Positions 49,036 through 58,677 of a DNA stretch of 64,000 nucleotides are shown one piece after another. The stretch covers positions 502 to 64,501 of the forward strand of contig CAZHWV010000006.1 of the NCBI GenBank assembly GCA_964536185.1, read 5' to 3'. The notes below the pieces were generated by a model that saw nothing but the letters and a program-made list of their open reading frames with translations, ran no database searches and was not told where the DNA came from. The first letter of the stretch is position 1; every line of letters begins with the position of its first letter. This DNA is from an uncultured Anaerolinea sp. (lineage in GTDB: Bacteria; Chloroflexota; Anaerolineae; Anaerolineales; Villigracilaceae). The position numbers and the translations under genes were made by a program.

Positions 49036-50604
49036 ATGCCCCAGTCCATTGCCATTCTGGATTTCGGCTCCCAATACGCCCAACTGATCGCCCGGCGCGT
49101 ACGCGAAGCCCATGTATACTGCGAGTTGTTTGCCTGGGATGCGCCCCAGGAAAAAATCCTGGCGATTGAACCCCAGGGTTTTATCCTATCGGGCGGGCCG
49201 AACTCAGTTTATGCGGTGGGCGCGCCCTTCATCCAGCAGTTCATCCTGGATTCAAAACTCCCCATTCTGGGCGTGTGTTATGGCATGCAGGCACTGACTC
49301 ATGCGCTGGGCGGCCAGGTGGATCCATCTACGCAGCGCGAGTATGGCCAGGCGATTGTTGAGCCGTTGGCCGGGAATGAATTGTTTTCGGATGAGAATTT
49401 TCAGGGTTGGATGTCGCATGGCGACCGTATCACCCGCCTGCCGGAGGGCTTTGTGCCCTGGGCTAAAAGTGGCCATAGCCCATACGCGGCTATGGCTGAT
49501 CCGGCCCGGCGCTACTTTGGCCTACAGTTCCACCCGGAGGTCAACCACACGCTGGGCGGCGCGGAAATCATCCGCCGCTTTGTGACGATTTGCCTGGCGC
49601 GGAACCCCGGAGCGCAGCCGGATTGGACGCCGCAGGCGATCATCGCGCAGTCCATCGCGCGTATTCGCCAACAAGTCGGCGCAAACCGCGTGTTGGCGGC
49701 GGTCTCGGGCGGTGTGGATTCGTCGGTTGCGGCGGCGCTGGTGTACCGGGCCATTGGCGACCAGTTGGTGGCTGTATTTGTGGATACTGGTCTGTTGCGC
49801 AAGAACGAGCCGGAGCAGGTGGTGGTCGCTTTCCGCGAGATGCTCGGCGCGGAGCGAATTGCTAAGCAATTCGTGGCCGTGGAAGCCGCGGATGAGTTTC
49901 TCACAGCCTTGCAGGGCCAGACTGACCCGGAGAAGAAGCGCAAGATCGTCGGAGAGAAGTTTATCCGCATCTTTGAGAAACAGGCCAAGGAACTCGGCCA
50001 GCCAAAATTCCTGGTGCAAGGCACGATCTACCCGGATGTGGTCGAGTCGTCCGCGCCGGATCGAAATAAGGCCGATAAGATCAAAACCCATCACAATGTC
50101 GGCGGGTTGCCCAAGGATATGACCTTTGAGCTGGTTGAACCCCTCCGCTACCTGTTCAAAGATGAAGTTCGGGCTGTGGGCGAAGCGCTTGGGCTGCCAG
50201 AGACGATGGTCTGGCGGCAGCCTTTCCCCGGACCGGGCCTGACCGTGCGCTGCCTGGGCGAGGTGACTCCCGAGAGGGCTGAGCGCCTGAAGGAAGCTGA
50301 CGCTATCCTGATCGAAGAGTTATCCGCAGCCGGGCTGCTGGGCAAGGGAGCCGGCACGAGCCAGGCCTTTGTGGTCCTTCTGCCGGTGCGTTCGGTGGGC
50401 GTGATGGGCGACCAGCGCACCTACCAAGAAGCCTGCGCCATTCGCGCAGTGGTGACCGATGATTTTATGACCGCTGATTGGGCGCGTATCCCCTACGATG
50501 TGCTGGCCAGGGTTTCCACGCGCATTGTCAATGAGGTCAGCGGGATCAACCGGGTGGTTTACGATATTACCAGCAAACCACCGGCCACGATCGAATGGGA
50601 ATAA
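49036..50604 (+). CDS. guaA: GMP synthase (glutamine-hydrolysing)
   Basis: GATase motif [12 protein letters not shown]-PPase P-loop SGGVDSSV. C-terminal dimerisation domain ending PPATIEWE. The start at ATG 49036 lies 4 nt after the xpt stop. Confidence 0.97.
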   Translation: MPQSIAILDFGSQYAQLIARRVREAHVYCELFAWDAPQEKILAIEPQGFILSGGPNSVYAVGAPFIQQFILDSKLPILGVCYGMQALTHALGGQVDPSTQREYGQAIVEPLAGNELFSDENFQGWMSHGDRITRLPEGFVPWAKSGHSPYAAMADPARRYFGLQFHPEVNHTLGGAEIIRRFVTICLARNPGAQPDWTPQAIIAQSIARIRQQVGANRVLAAVSGGVDSSVAAALVYRAIGDQLVAVFVDTGLLRKNEPEQVVVAFREMLGAERIAKQFVAVEAADEFLTALQGQTDPEKKRKIVGEKFIRIFEKQAKELGQPKFLVQGTIYPDVVESSAPDRNKADKIKTHHNVGGLPKDMTFELVEPLRYLFKDEVRAVGEALGLPETMVWRQPFPGPGLTVRCLGEVTPERAERLKEADAILIEELSAAGLLGKGAGTSQAFVVLLPVRSVGVMGDQRTYQEACAIRAVVTDDFMTADWARIPYDVLARVSTRIVNEVSGINRVVYDITSKPPATIEWE

Positions 50605-50651
50605 GCTGCAACTTCTTCATGGCTGCCGCGTAGAAATAAGTAGTGAGCCAT

Positions 50652-51065
50652 ATGAGCCTTGAGCCTCGCAACACCATCCCCGCCCCACCCATCCATCCCC
50701 TGGCCGCCCTGGCGACCATCGCCCTGGATGGTTTTTTCACGGTCTTTGAGGTGCTTGACCCGTTGATGCTGTTGTTCATCAGCAGTGGGATTGGCCTGCT
50801 GGGGTTTCTGACCACCACTTTTGTGCAACGTTTCTTGGCCAGGGATGACTGGGGTCCGGCAGTAGCCAAGGGCCTGGTGATGGGTATTTTTGCAGGTGTG
50901 CCGTACCCGGTGGCGGGCACGGTGATTGGAGCGCCTCTGTTGGTCTGGGCTGGAGTGCATCGCTGGATCAAACTGCCGGCTACCGGCAACAATCAAATCG
51001 TGGACAGCGTTTTTAAGAACGCGCCCGCATTGGAAGAGAAGGATAAAGATGAACGTCAAAATTAA
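50652..51065 (+). CDS. Hypothetical small membrane protein
   Basis: About 137 aa with 3-4 hydrophobic segments. The competing antisense ORF is low-complexity. No family recognised. Confidence 0.5.
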   Translation: MSLEPRNTIPAPPIHPLAALATIALDGFFTVFEVLDPLMLLFISSGIGLLGFLTTTFVQRFLARDDWGPAVAKGLVMGIFAGVPYPVAGTVIGAPLLVWAGVHRWIKLPATGNNQIVDSVFKNAPALEEKDKDERQN

Positions 51066-52077
51066 CTTTGCTGAAGTTTTGTCCAAAGCCTGGCGGATTG
51101 TCTGGAAATTTAAGGTATTGTGGATTTTCGGTATCCTGGCGGGCTGCAGCACAGGCAATGGCGGCCGCTTCAACTCCAACTACAGCGGCGGCGGAAGCGG
51201 CAGTGGAAATGGAAGTGGAAGCAGCGGAACGGACCAATTCTCGCAGTTTTTCGACAAACTCGATAAAATGCGACCCGAGCAAGCGGTCCAGAATTTTCTG
51301 GGCCAGTACGGCGCTATCATTGCCATCGTCATCGTGCTGCTGTGCGTGATCTGGGTGATTTTCTATTTCCTGGGCGTTATGGGCAGAACCGGTCTGATCA
51401 AAGGCGCAAGCCAGGCAGATGCCGGCGCAGAATCGCTGAGCTTTGACGTACTATGGGCGGAAAGCACGCCCTATTTCTGGCGCATGTTCGGTTTGAACAT
51501 GCTGGTCGGGCTGCCCTTTTTCATCCTGATTGTTATTCTACTGGCCGGGCTGGGCTTTGGCGGCTATTCGGCGTTCAAGAGCGGTCTGCCCACTGGTGGA
51601 ATGAGTATCATGCTGGTCGGATTGATGGGTACTTTTTTTGCGGCGATGTGTGCCATCTCGATCCTCTCGATCGTCGTCAGTATGATCGTGGAGCAGGCCC
51701 AGAATGCCATTGTCTTGGATGACCTGGGCGTGTTGGAAGGTTTTAGCCGCGGTTGGGCTGTGCTTAAATCGGCGGTGGTGACAATCGTCCTCATGGCGAT
51801 CATCCTGGGCATTATTGGCTGGGTTATCAGCTTGCTGATGGCGCTGCCGATTCTTGCGATTGCTGTACCGACTGTAATTGGCGTGGTTGCCACCAATGGG
51901 AATAATTACATCCTGCCGCTGCTGATTGCGGGTGGCTGTTTCGTGATCTACTTGCCGTTTCTGTTGGTCTTCAGCGGAGTTTTCCAGGCATATAACCAAT
52001 CTGTCTGGACATTGGTCTACCGTCGGCTGACCGCGCCATCCGCGCCTGAGGTCCTGACCGTCAGCTCGGCTGAATAA
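51049..52077 (+). CDS. Hypothetical polytopic membrane protein with Gly/Ser-rich loop
   Basis: 342 aa with 6-7 TM segments and a GGGSGSGNGSGSSG linker after TM1. The ATG overlaps the upstream gene by 17 nt. Confidence 0.7.
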   Translation: MNVKINFAEVLSKAWRIVWKFKVLWIFGILAGCSTGNGGRFNSNYSGGGSGSGNGSGSSGTDQFSQFFDKLDKMRPEQAVQNFLGQYGAIIAIVIVLLCVIWVIFYFLGVMGRTGLIKGASQADAGAESLSFDVLWAESTPYFWRMFGLNMLVGLPFFILIVILLAGLGFGGYSAFKSGLPTGGMSIMLVGLMGTFFAAMCAISILSIVVSMIVEQAQNAIVLDDLGVLEGFSRGWAVLKSAVVTIVLMAIILGIIGWVISLLMALPILAIAVPTVIGVVATNGNNYILPLLIAGGCFVIYLPFLLVFSGVFQAYNQSVWTLVYRRLTAPSAPEVLTVSSAE

Positions 52078-52188
52078 GGTCTGGATGTGCTCCTGCTCAA
52101 ACCACCGATTGTCGTTCATTTGCAAGGATAGGTTATGATCATAACGCGATGAACCAAGCACTGGCGATTAATGTGACATGTCCCACTG

Positions 52189-53349
52189 TTATTTCGAACC
52201 AAAGATCACAGTGCGATTGCGCCCGGCTTTTTTTGCGGCGTACATGGCTTGATCCGCGCGTACGAGCAGTTTTTCAACGCTATCAAATGGTATGTTCGAT
52301 CCGGTTGTGGGGCCAGGTGAGTGGATCGTTTGGGCGATGCCGAGGCTGATGGTGATGGTGAGCTGACCTTTGTCAGTTTCTAGTGGCTGGCTGGCTATGC
52401 TGGTCAGGATCCGTTCAGCCAGAGGCAGGGCTTCCTGCGCGCTGGTCTGGGGCAGCAGGATCAAAAACTCGTCGCCGCCGTAACGTCCGATGATGTCAGC
52501 CGAGCGTAGGCTGGCGCAAGCGGCTTGGGAGACATGTTTGAGCACCTTGTCACCGATGAAGTGACCGAAGGTGTCGTTGATATGTTTGAAATTGTCAACA
52601 TCGAACATCAAGACACACAATGGCGGGCGATAACGCATGGCAACGTCAAATTCATGATCTGCAAATTCGACCAGGCAGCGGCGGTTGTTAATGCCGGTTA
52701 ACATGTCAATGCGGCTGAGTTTTTGTTCGCGATCAAAAGCTTGTTGGAGTTCATGGTGAGCGCTTTCGAGCGAGTCCTGAGCGCGACGCAGTTTGTCTTT
52801 GGCCAGCTTGCGCTCGGTGATATCCAGCAGAACCACCTGGCATTCTGAGCTACTCGCTGGGTCACGGATGGCTTCAATGCGCACCCAGAGAGTCGCTCCG
52901 TCCATGTTTAGCTCGATTTCGCAGGTCTGCTTCTCTTGGACAGAAAAAACCTTTACGAGAAATTCGCTGAAAGCTGGGCGCGATTGGCTGGAAAGAAACA
53001 GACCGAAGCGGCGTTTGATCAGTTTGGCGCGTTCCAGACCAAGCAGTTTAGCCCCGGCCAGATTAACCTGCAGGATGGCGCCGTCAGGTGCCAGGCTAAG
53101 GTAACCCACCGGCGCAAAGTCATACAGGTCGGTATACCGACGCAGGAGTATCTCGACTTCCGTGCGCGACTGGAGCAGTTCCTCATTTTGCAGCTCCAGC
53201 TCGATCTGATGCACTTGCAGTTCTTGCAGCAGGCGCTGGTAATCGACCGGCGCTAGCGGCTGAGCAGCCTGGCCGCGCGCGCTCAATACAGATTCGGCCT
53301 GGGCGCGAAGTTCGGCGGCTTCGGTTGGAATGGCGGGTTTCATTTTCAT
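52189..53349 (-). CDS. Coiled-coil-PAS-GGDEF diguanylate cyclase
   Basis: ELELQNEELLQS coiled-coil lead-in and a PAS block. GGDEF active site with I-site RSAD. Confidence 0.9.
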   Translation of the reverse strand: MKMKPAIPTEAAELRAQAESVLSARGQAAQPLAPVDYQRLLQELQVHQIELELQNEELLQSRTEVEILLRRYTDLYDFAPVGYLSLAPDGAILQVNLAGAKLLGLERAKLIKRRFGLFLSSQSRPAFSEFLVKVFSVQEKQTCEIELNMDGATLWVRIEAIRDPASSSECQVVLLDITERKLAKDKLRRAQDSLESAHHELQQAFDREQKLSRIDMLTGINNRRCLVEFADHEFDVAMRYRPPLCVLMFDVDNFKHINDTFGHFIGDKVLKHVSQAACASLRSADIIGRYGGDEFLILLPQTSAQEALPLAERILTSIASQPLETDKGQLTITISLGIAQTIHSPGPTTGSNIPFDSVEKLLVRADQAMYAAKKAGRNRTVIFGSK

Positions 53350-53370
53350 GTTTTCTTTTTAGACTGGCTC

Positions 53371-55992
53371 TTATTTTTGATCGATCAGCTCGCGCAGGCG
53401 CACTTCGCTGGCGCGTAGCTCCGCTTCTATCATTTTGGAGGTGGTAATATCGGTGAATGTGATGACTACACCGTCAATCATATTCTCGAGCGTGCGGTAG
53501 GGCAGGATGCGGGCCGTAAACCAACTGCCGTCTGGCATGGAAATCTCGTGTTCAACTTTGACCAGCGTGCGCAGCACCTCGCGAGTTTCATCGGCCAGCT
53601 GCGGGTAGAGCAAGGCGGAGGCGATATCGGTGATCGGGCGGCCCACGTCGCCGGGGATTAATTTGGTCACCTTGGCGGTCTGGCTGGTGAAGCGCCGCAC
53701 ACACAGGGCATTGTCCAGGAAAAGAGTGGCAATGTTGGTGCTATCCAGCAGGTTCTTCATGTCATTGTTGGCATGCGAAAGTTGGCCGACCTTGGCTTGC
53801 AGCTCATTGTTAACCGTCTGTAATTCCTCGTTCATGGATTGCATCTCTTCCTTGGAAGTGGTCAGCTCTTCGTTGGTCGACTGGAGTTCTTCGTTGGCGG
53901 ATTGCAATTCCTCGTTGGTCGATTTGAGCTCCTCCTGTGAAGTCTGCATCTCTTCGCGGATACTCTGGACTTCATGGCGGGCGCGATTGAGCGCCAGTCC
54001 CAGTTCTGCAGCTTGTTCGCTGGTCGAGTTAGTGCGCCGGTGCGACAAGCCTGTATTTGTGCTTGGAAGCGGCAGGGCCACATCGCTAAAAATCACCAGG
54101 AGCATACCGCGCAAGTTCTCGGGTTCGTCAAATGGCTGAATGGTTACATCCACAATTTGCGTGCCGCCATTGGTGCCGACCGCCAGGTTTTTGATGGTCA
54201 GCGCTTCTTTTTGATGCTGGAGTTTTTGGAAAGCGCTGCTCAATTCGTAACGCAAGCCCTCGCGGGCCATGGAGATGATATTCCAGTTGGCTTTGCCCGA
54301 GGCGGGTTCCAGGTATTTGCCGGTCCGCCCGCTGATATACAGAATGTCACCGCGCTCATTGGTGACCACCGCCGCCGGAGCGTATTTTTGCAATAAGAGC
54401 TCTTCCACCTGGGTTTGCAGGCTGGCCGGTGTTTTTTCAAGCCTGGGTAGGCTGGCCTTGGCCGAAGAAAACGCGGCGAGGAAATCAACCAGTTCTTTCT
54501 GATAAGCGGAGGCAAGTGTCACCTGACGGTAAATGCGGGTTCTGTCATCCAGGGCGGTAAACAGGTTGGTAAAACTGCCGACCGTCTCGGCGCTGCCCAG
54601 GATTAAGAATCCGCCCGAATTCAAGCTGTAATGAAAGAGCGGGATCAGTTTCTTTTGCAGTTCGGGAGTCAGGTAAATTAGCAGGTTGCGGCAGCTGATC
54701 ATGTCCAGCCGGGTAAAGGGTGGATCCATGATCAGGTTCTGCTGGGCAAAGATGACCATCTCGCGGATGGATTTGGAGACCTGGTAACCGCGTTCGACCG
54801 GAATAAAGAAGCGGCCCAGGCGTTCCGCTGAGACATCCGCGGCAATATTCTCTGGGAAGGTCCCTTCGCGGGCCTTGAGGATGGCATCCTGATCCAGATC
54901 AGTGGCGAAGATTTGCAGGCTAATCGTTCGGGCTGGTTTGATTTCGTCGAGGGCTTCTCGGAACAGGATCGCCAGGGTATAGGCTTCTTCACCGGTGGAA
55001 CAGGCCGGCACCCAGGCGCGCAAGACCTGGTTCGGCGCGCGCCCAGCCAGCAGGGCGGGTAGGGCTTCGCTCTTTAACTTGTCCCAGGTGGCTGGGTCGC
55101 GGAAGAAACTGGTCACGCCGATCAACAACTCGCGGAAAAGTAAATCCAGCTCTTGCGGATTCTCCTGCAGGTAACGCACATAGCTGCCAATTCTCTCAAT
55201 TTGATGCAATCCCATGCGGCGTTCGATGCGGCGATAGAGGGTGTTCCTTTTATAAAGTGAAAAATCGTGGCCGGTTTGGGCGCGTAATAAAATGATCACT
55301 TTATCGAGGGCGCTTTCGGATTTATCATCCTGAACCAGGCCGGGTTTGGTGATCAGCGGCGCGTATTGCAGGTAGTCAATGATTTTGGCGGGTAAATCCT
55401 CAACGGAGGCAACGACATCGGCCAGCCCGGCCTCGATCGCGCTATGTGGCATGCCGTTAAATTTTGCCGAGACGGGGTCCTGGACGAAGGCCACGCCGGC
55501 TTTTTCCTTGATGGCACGCAAGCCGAGCGTGCCGTCTGAGCCCATGCCCGAAAGGATCACGCCGATGCTGTATTCCTGCTGGTCAGTGGCCAGCGAACGG
55601 AAGAAGAAATCAATCGGCAGGCGCAGACCGCGCGGGGCTAGTGGTTCGAGCAAGTGCAGCATGCCATGCAGAATCGACATGTCTTTGTTAGGCGGAATCA
55701 CGTAGACGCAGTTGGGCTCAACCCGGGTGCGGTCTTTGACCTGCAAGACTCGCATGTTTGTTCTGCGTTGAAGCAGTTCGACCATGATACCCTTGTGGGT
55801 CGGGTCGAGGTGCTGGACAATGACGATGGCCAGGCCGCTGCCTGTGGGCACATTACCGAGGAATAATTCCAGGGCTTCCAGGCCGCCAGCTGAGGCACCG
55901 ATACCGACAATCGGAAAACTGGAACGGGGTGAAAGTAAGCTCGAATCTGGCTCGCTGGCCACTTCGCTCTTCTTCGTCTTTTTACTGGTCAT
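53371..55992 (-). CDS. CheB methylesterase - CheR methyltransferase - coiled-coil - PAS fusion protein
   Basis: CheB-like N-domain (VGIGASAGGLEAL, GMGSDG). CheR SAM-binding region (RAWVPACSTGEEAYTLA, FATDLD, ISCRNLLIY). Heptad tract EELKSTNEELQSANEELQSTNEEL. C-terminal PAS. Confidence 0.9.
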   Translation of the reverse strand: MTSKKTKKSEVASEPDSSLLSPRSSFPIVGIGASAGGLEALELFLGNVPTGSGLAIVIVQHLDPTHKGIMVELLQRRTNMRVLQVKDRTRVEPNCVYVIPPNKDMSILHGMLHLLEPLAPRGLRLPIDFFFRSLATDQQEYSIGVILSGMGSDGTLGLRAIKEKAGVAFVQDPVSAKFNGMPHSAIEAGLADVVASVEDLPAKIIDYLQYAPLITKPGLVQDDKSESALDKVIILLRAQTGHDFSLYKRNTLYRRIERRMGLHQIERIGSYVRYLQENPQELDLLFRELLIGVTSFFRDPATWDKLKSEALPALLAGRAPNQVLRAWVPACSTGEEAYTLAILFREALDEIKPARTISLQIFATDLDQDAILKAREGTFPENIAADVSAERLGRFFIPVERGYQVSKSIREMVIFAQQNLIMDPPFTRLDMISCRNLLIYLTPELQKKLIPLFHYSLNSGGFLILGSAETVGSFTNLFTALDDRTRIYRQVTLASAYQKELVDFLAAFSSAKASLPRLEKTPASLQTQVEELLLQKYAPAAVVTNERGDILYISGRTGKYLEPASGKANWNIISMAREGLRYELSSAFQKLQHQKEALTIKNLAVGTNGGTQIVDVTIQPFDEPENLRGMLLVIFSDVALPLPSTNTGLSHRRTNSTSEQAAELGLALNRARHEVQSIREEMQTSQEELKSTNEELQSANEELQSTNEELTTSKEEMQSMNEELQTVNNELQAKVGQLSHANNDMKNLLDSTNIATLFLDNALCVRRFTSQTAKVTKLIPGDVGRPITDIASALLYPQLADETREVLRTLVKVEHEISMPDGSWFTARILPYRTLENMIDGVVITFTDITTSKMIEAELRASEVRLRELIDQK

Positions 55993-56255
55993 GGTGTCCC
56001 CAATCAATTCAATGAAAAGTTGCCAAACCGACAACAAACATACCGCTTACATCATATCATTATTCAGCATAACCCGTTAAAGGCCATACGCCGTCAAGGG
56101 TTGTATCCACGCGCAGATGATCAAGGCAGGCTGGTTTATCTTTTGCGATTTGGCTTGATCCGTGAGACAGCCTGCCCGCCTGTGGGGATTTGTGGGCAAT
56201 TTTCATGGGAGTGGGGGATCAACCAGGAATTTTTGACAGGGCCAAAAATACGGTT

Positions 56256-57560
56256 TTAACGCGCCAGGGTTGGGGAGAGTTTTTTCCAGGTTGTGCCGCC
56301 GTCGGCGCTTTTCCACAGGCTGGTCGCTCTGCTTTCACCTGAAAGAGCCCAGCCGGTATCCGGGTTGACGAAGGTGAACTGGGAGACATAGTCCGGGCCG
56401 CCGGCGTTCTGATCAAAATTGAGATTATCTGGGAGTGTGAGCCAGGTGTGTGCGCCGTCGTGGGTGGCGCACAGGTTGCGGCCACAGCGTACGAAGGCAT
56501 CTTGAGCAGAAAGGACCTGGGCAGGATCGATAAAAGGCTGTTCGCTCTCCAGGACGGATGGGGCTAACTGCCAGCTTTGTCCGCCGTTCAAGGTGGTGTA
56601 GAACAGTAGAACGTTAAAGGCCAGGTTGCCAGACTGGTCGTACTTGCTAAGATTGACTGGCAGCAGTCCCTGCTCCCCAAAGAAGCTGGGCGATTGGGGC
56701 GCAGTAGCTCCGCTGGCATATTTGGGTGGCAGGGGCAGGCGCAGATCTTGCCAATGTTTGCCCAGGTCGGTCGAGATCGACAGGCGGACAACGCCGAGCG
56801 GATCGCTGGCCATATCGCCATAGGTGATGACGGCGCGAGTGGAGTCAACGTACAGGCTGTCGCCGCAAATATTGCACAGGTGAACTGTGCCATCCAGCAG
56901 GCCGGGCTCGGGCGAGGGCGGGATCAGTAAAACGGGTTCCCAGGTGTGGCCGCCATCGAGTGTCTGGTAATAATTTAAATAGGCATTCCCGGCGCCAAGG
57001 CCAGCTGTTTCTGCTAGGCCCTGTTCCGGGCTGGAAAACTCAAGCCAGGCGTTTTGGACAAGGTCGTTGGGCGGAAGACTGTCCCAGGTTTGACCGCCAT
57101 CCGTGGTGCGCAGCACGCCACCGGCATTTGATGTTGGGTCGTAGGTAGTCAGCCAGGCAGCGCGGGCATCGAAAAAATAACTGCCCGCATAAATATATTC
57201 AGCCTGAGGCGAAACATCCCGCCAGGTCTGGCCGCCATCCTGTGTGCGCAGGAGTTGGTTCAGATTACCATCCGGTGATGCGGCCCAGCCCCAGCCCGCC
57301 TGCGCGCTGAGCATGTGGATTTGGGCCAAGATCACGGCTTGGGCTGGCGCGGACGTTGCGGTCGCCGGCACGGCCGGCGGTGTGGCCGTTGGTCGTGCGG
57401 TCTTCGTGGGCGCGGGCGCGACCTGGGTGGCGAGTGGCGCGACCTGGGTGGCGAGTGGCGCGACCTGGGTAGGTGAAATTTTGGCGAGGCCTGGCAGGCT
57501 GCAAGCGGCCAGGAAGACCGCCAGGAGGCAGATTGTGAAAAAACACACAGTTTTTTGCAT
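56256..57560 (-). CDS. Secreted lipoprotein, 7-bladed BNR/Asp-box beta-propeller (Ycf48/sialidase-like fold)
   Basis: Lipobox LAAC. Seven SxDxGxTW-type motifs (DGGQTW x2, DGGHTW, DLGKHW, NGGQSW, DGAHTW, DGGTTW). N-terminal ATQVAPL repeats. Confidence 0.8.
   Translation of the reverse strand: MQKTVCFFTICLLAVFLAACSLPGLAKISPTQVAPLATQVAPLATQVAPAPTKTARPTATPPAVPATATSAPAQAVILAQIHMLSAQAGWGWAASPDGNLNQLLRTQDGGQTWRDVSPQAEYIYAGSYFFDARAAWLTTYDPTSNAGGVLRTTDGGQTWDSLPPNDLVQNAWLEFSSPEQGLAETAGLGAGNAYLNYYQTLDGGHTWEPVLLIPPSPEPGLLDGTVHLCNICGDSLYVDSTRAVITYGDMASDPLGVVRLSISTDLGKHWQDLRLPLPPKYASGATAPQSPSFFGEQGLLPVNLSKYDQSGNLAFNVLLFYTTLNGGQSWQLAPSVLESEQPFIDPAQVLSAQDAFVRCGRNLCATHDGAHTWLTLPDNLNFDQNAGGPDYVSQFTFVNPDTGWALSGESRATSLWKSADGGTTWKKLSPTLAR
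57416..57473 (-). repeat. 21-bp tandem repeat, about 2.8 copies, in frame within the CDS
   Basis: GCGCGACCTGGGTGGCGAGTG is repeated on the + strand. It encodes the (ATQVAPL)n linker after the lipobox. Confidence 0.9.
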
Positions 57561-57583
57561 GGTTTCCTTCTTGCAGTGACCTC

Positions 57584-58615
57584 TTATTTCACAACCAGGT
57601 ATAGGCTGTTGATCGCTACGTAGGACCCATCTGCCTGGCTGATATCAGAAATTTCAACGCGCACAGGGCCTTTAAATTCGCTGAGATCAAGAGGTAGTTC
57701 AAAGGTTCCGGGACCGCCGAAACCATCGGAGTTGATCACAAAGCTGGCCTGGAGGACAGGATCCTGGTAATCCTGGATGAAAATCGAGTAAACCAGGTTG
57801 GCTTCAAACGGAGTCAGGCTGATACTACCCTGGACGGTAAAGGGGGCGCTGATCTCGGTTCCGTTGGCAGGCGCGTCAATCTGGATGCTGTGTTCGGCGC
57901 CCTCGGGCGTCTGGGTGGAAAGTCGCGAAAGCACCAGCGTGTTTTCGATCAGCCGGTAAAAGCGCATGGAAAGCATGGCTGCGCAGCACATGGGGTCTTC
58001 CGGGCCATGAATGGCGGCGTCGATGAAAATTTCGCCATTGCGGATGGCAAGCTCATTGATCCTGGGGCGGTCATCGATCGGGGCGGTGGAAACCGGGTTG
58101 GGCTGGCCAGCCTGATTGAGAATGGCCACGACCGAAGTGAATTCGCCCGTGCCGCCGTAGTTTTCGTTGATGGTGATGGCGGCATCCTCGATTCCATCCG
58201 CGTTAAGATCGCCGAAGGCTATTTTTTCACCGAGGCTGACCGAGATGTAACCGGGTTGGGTTGGGTCTGAGCCCTCTTCGAAGCGGCCGTCTTGCAGTTG
58301 GACAGTGCGCAAGATCTGATCTGAGCCCATGATGTTGAAGCTGGCGTTGCGCAATTGCGCGACTGTCAGCGTCGGGCCGGCTGGGGTGAGCGTTGGCAGG
58401 GCCTGGGTCTGTGTTGGGCTGGGTGGAATAAGAGTCTCTGTCTGAACGGCGGAGGGCGGGATGATGGTCAGGGTGGGGGTGGCCATGAGAATAACAGGCG
58501 GGCTGCTCGGCTCGACAGCCGGCGGAGTCATGGAGAGAGGTGGGGGATTAAAATCCAGGACACAGGCCAGGGAGGCCAGTGTTAGAACAAACAAGGCGAG
58601 AGCCAGGCGTTTCAT
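57584..58615 (-). CDS. Secreted protein with FG-GAP/VCBS-like segment and C-terminal Gmad2-like Ig domain
   Basis: Signal peptide MKRLALALFVLTLASLAC. Pro/Thr linker. GDLNADGIEDAAI motif. C-terminal block IQIDAPANGTEISAPFTVQGS...FEANLVYSI resembles Gmad2. Confidence 0.65.
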   Translation of the reverse strand: MKRLALALFVLTLASLACVLDFNPPPLSMTPPAVEPSSPPVILMATPTLTIIPPSAVQTETLIPPSPTQTQALPTLTPAGPTLTVAQLRNASFNIMGSDQILRTVQLQDGRFEEGSDPTQPGYISVSLGEKIAFGDLNADGIEDAAITINENYGGTGEFTSVVAILNQAGQPNPVSTAPIDDRPRINELAIRNGEIFIDAAIHGPEDPMCCAAMLSMRFYRLIENTLVLSRLSTQTPEGAEHSIQIDAPANGTEISAPFTVQGSISLTPFEANLVYSIFIQDYQDPVLQASFVINSDGFGGPGTFELPLDLSEFKGPVRVEISDISQADGSYVAINSLYLVVK

Positions 58616-58677
58616 GTCTAATTCTCCTAACCAGCTCAAAAACGCTGTGTGCAGGATGGCCTTTTTGAGCTAAGTAA

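Noticed and set aside
52132-52145. A perfect 14-bp palindrome, GTTATGATCATAAC, between convergent genes.
   Set aside because: It is a single occurrence with no loop and no flanking T-run. A palindrome this short can arise by chance, so I did not call it a site.
53800-53960. Quasi-repetitive DNA resembling a tandem repeat inside the CheBR gene.
   Set aside because: The repeats are imperfect and reflect the heptad coiled-coil coding sequence (NEELQS units). This is not a DNA-level repeat element.
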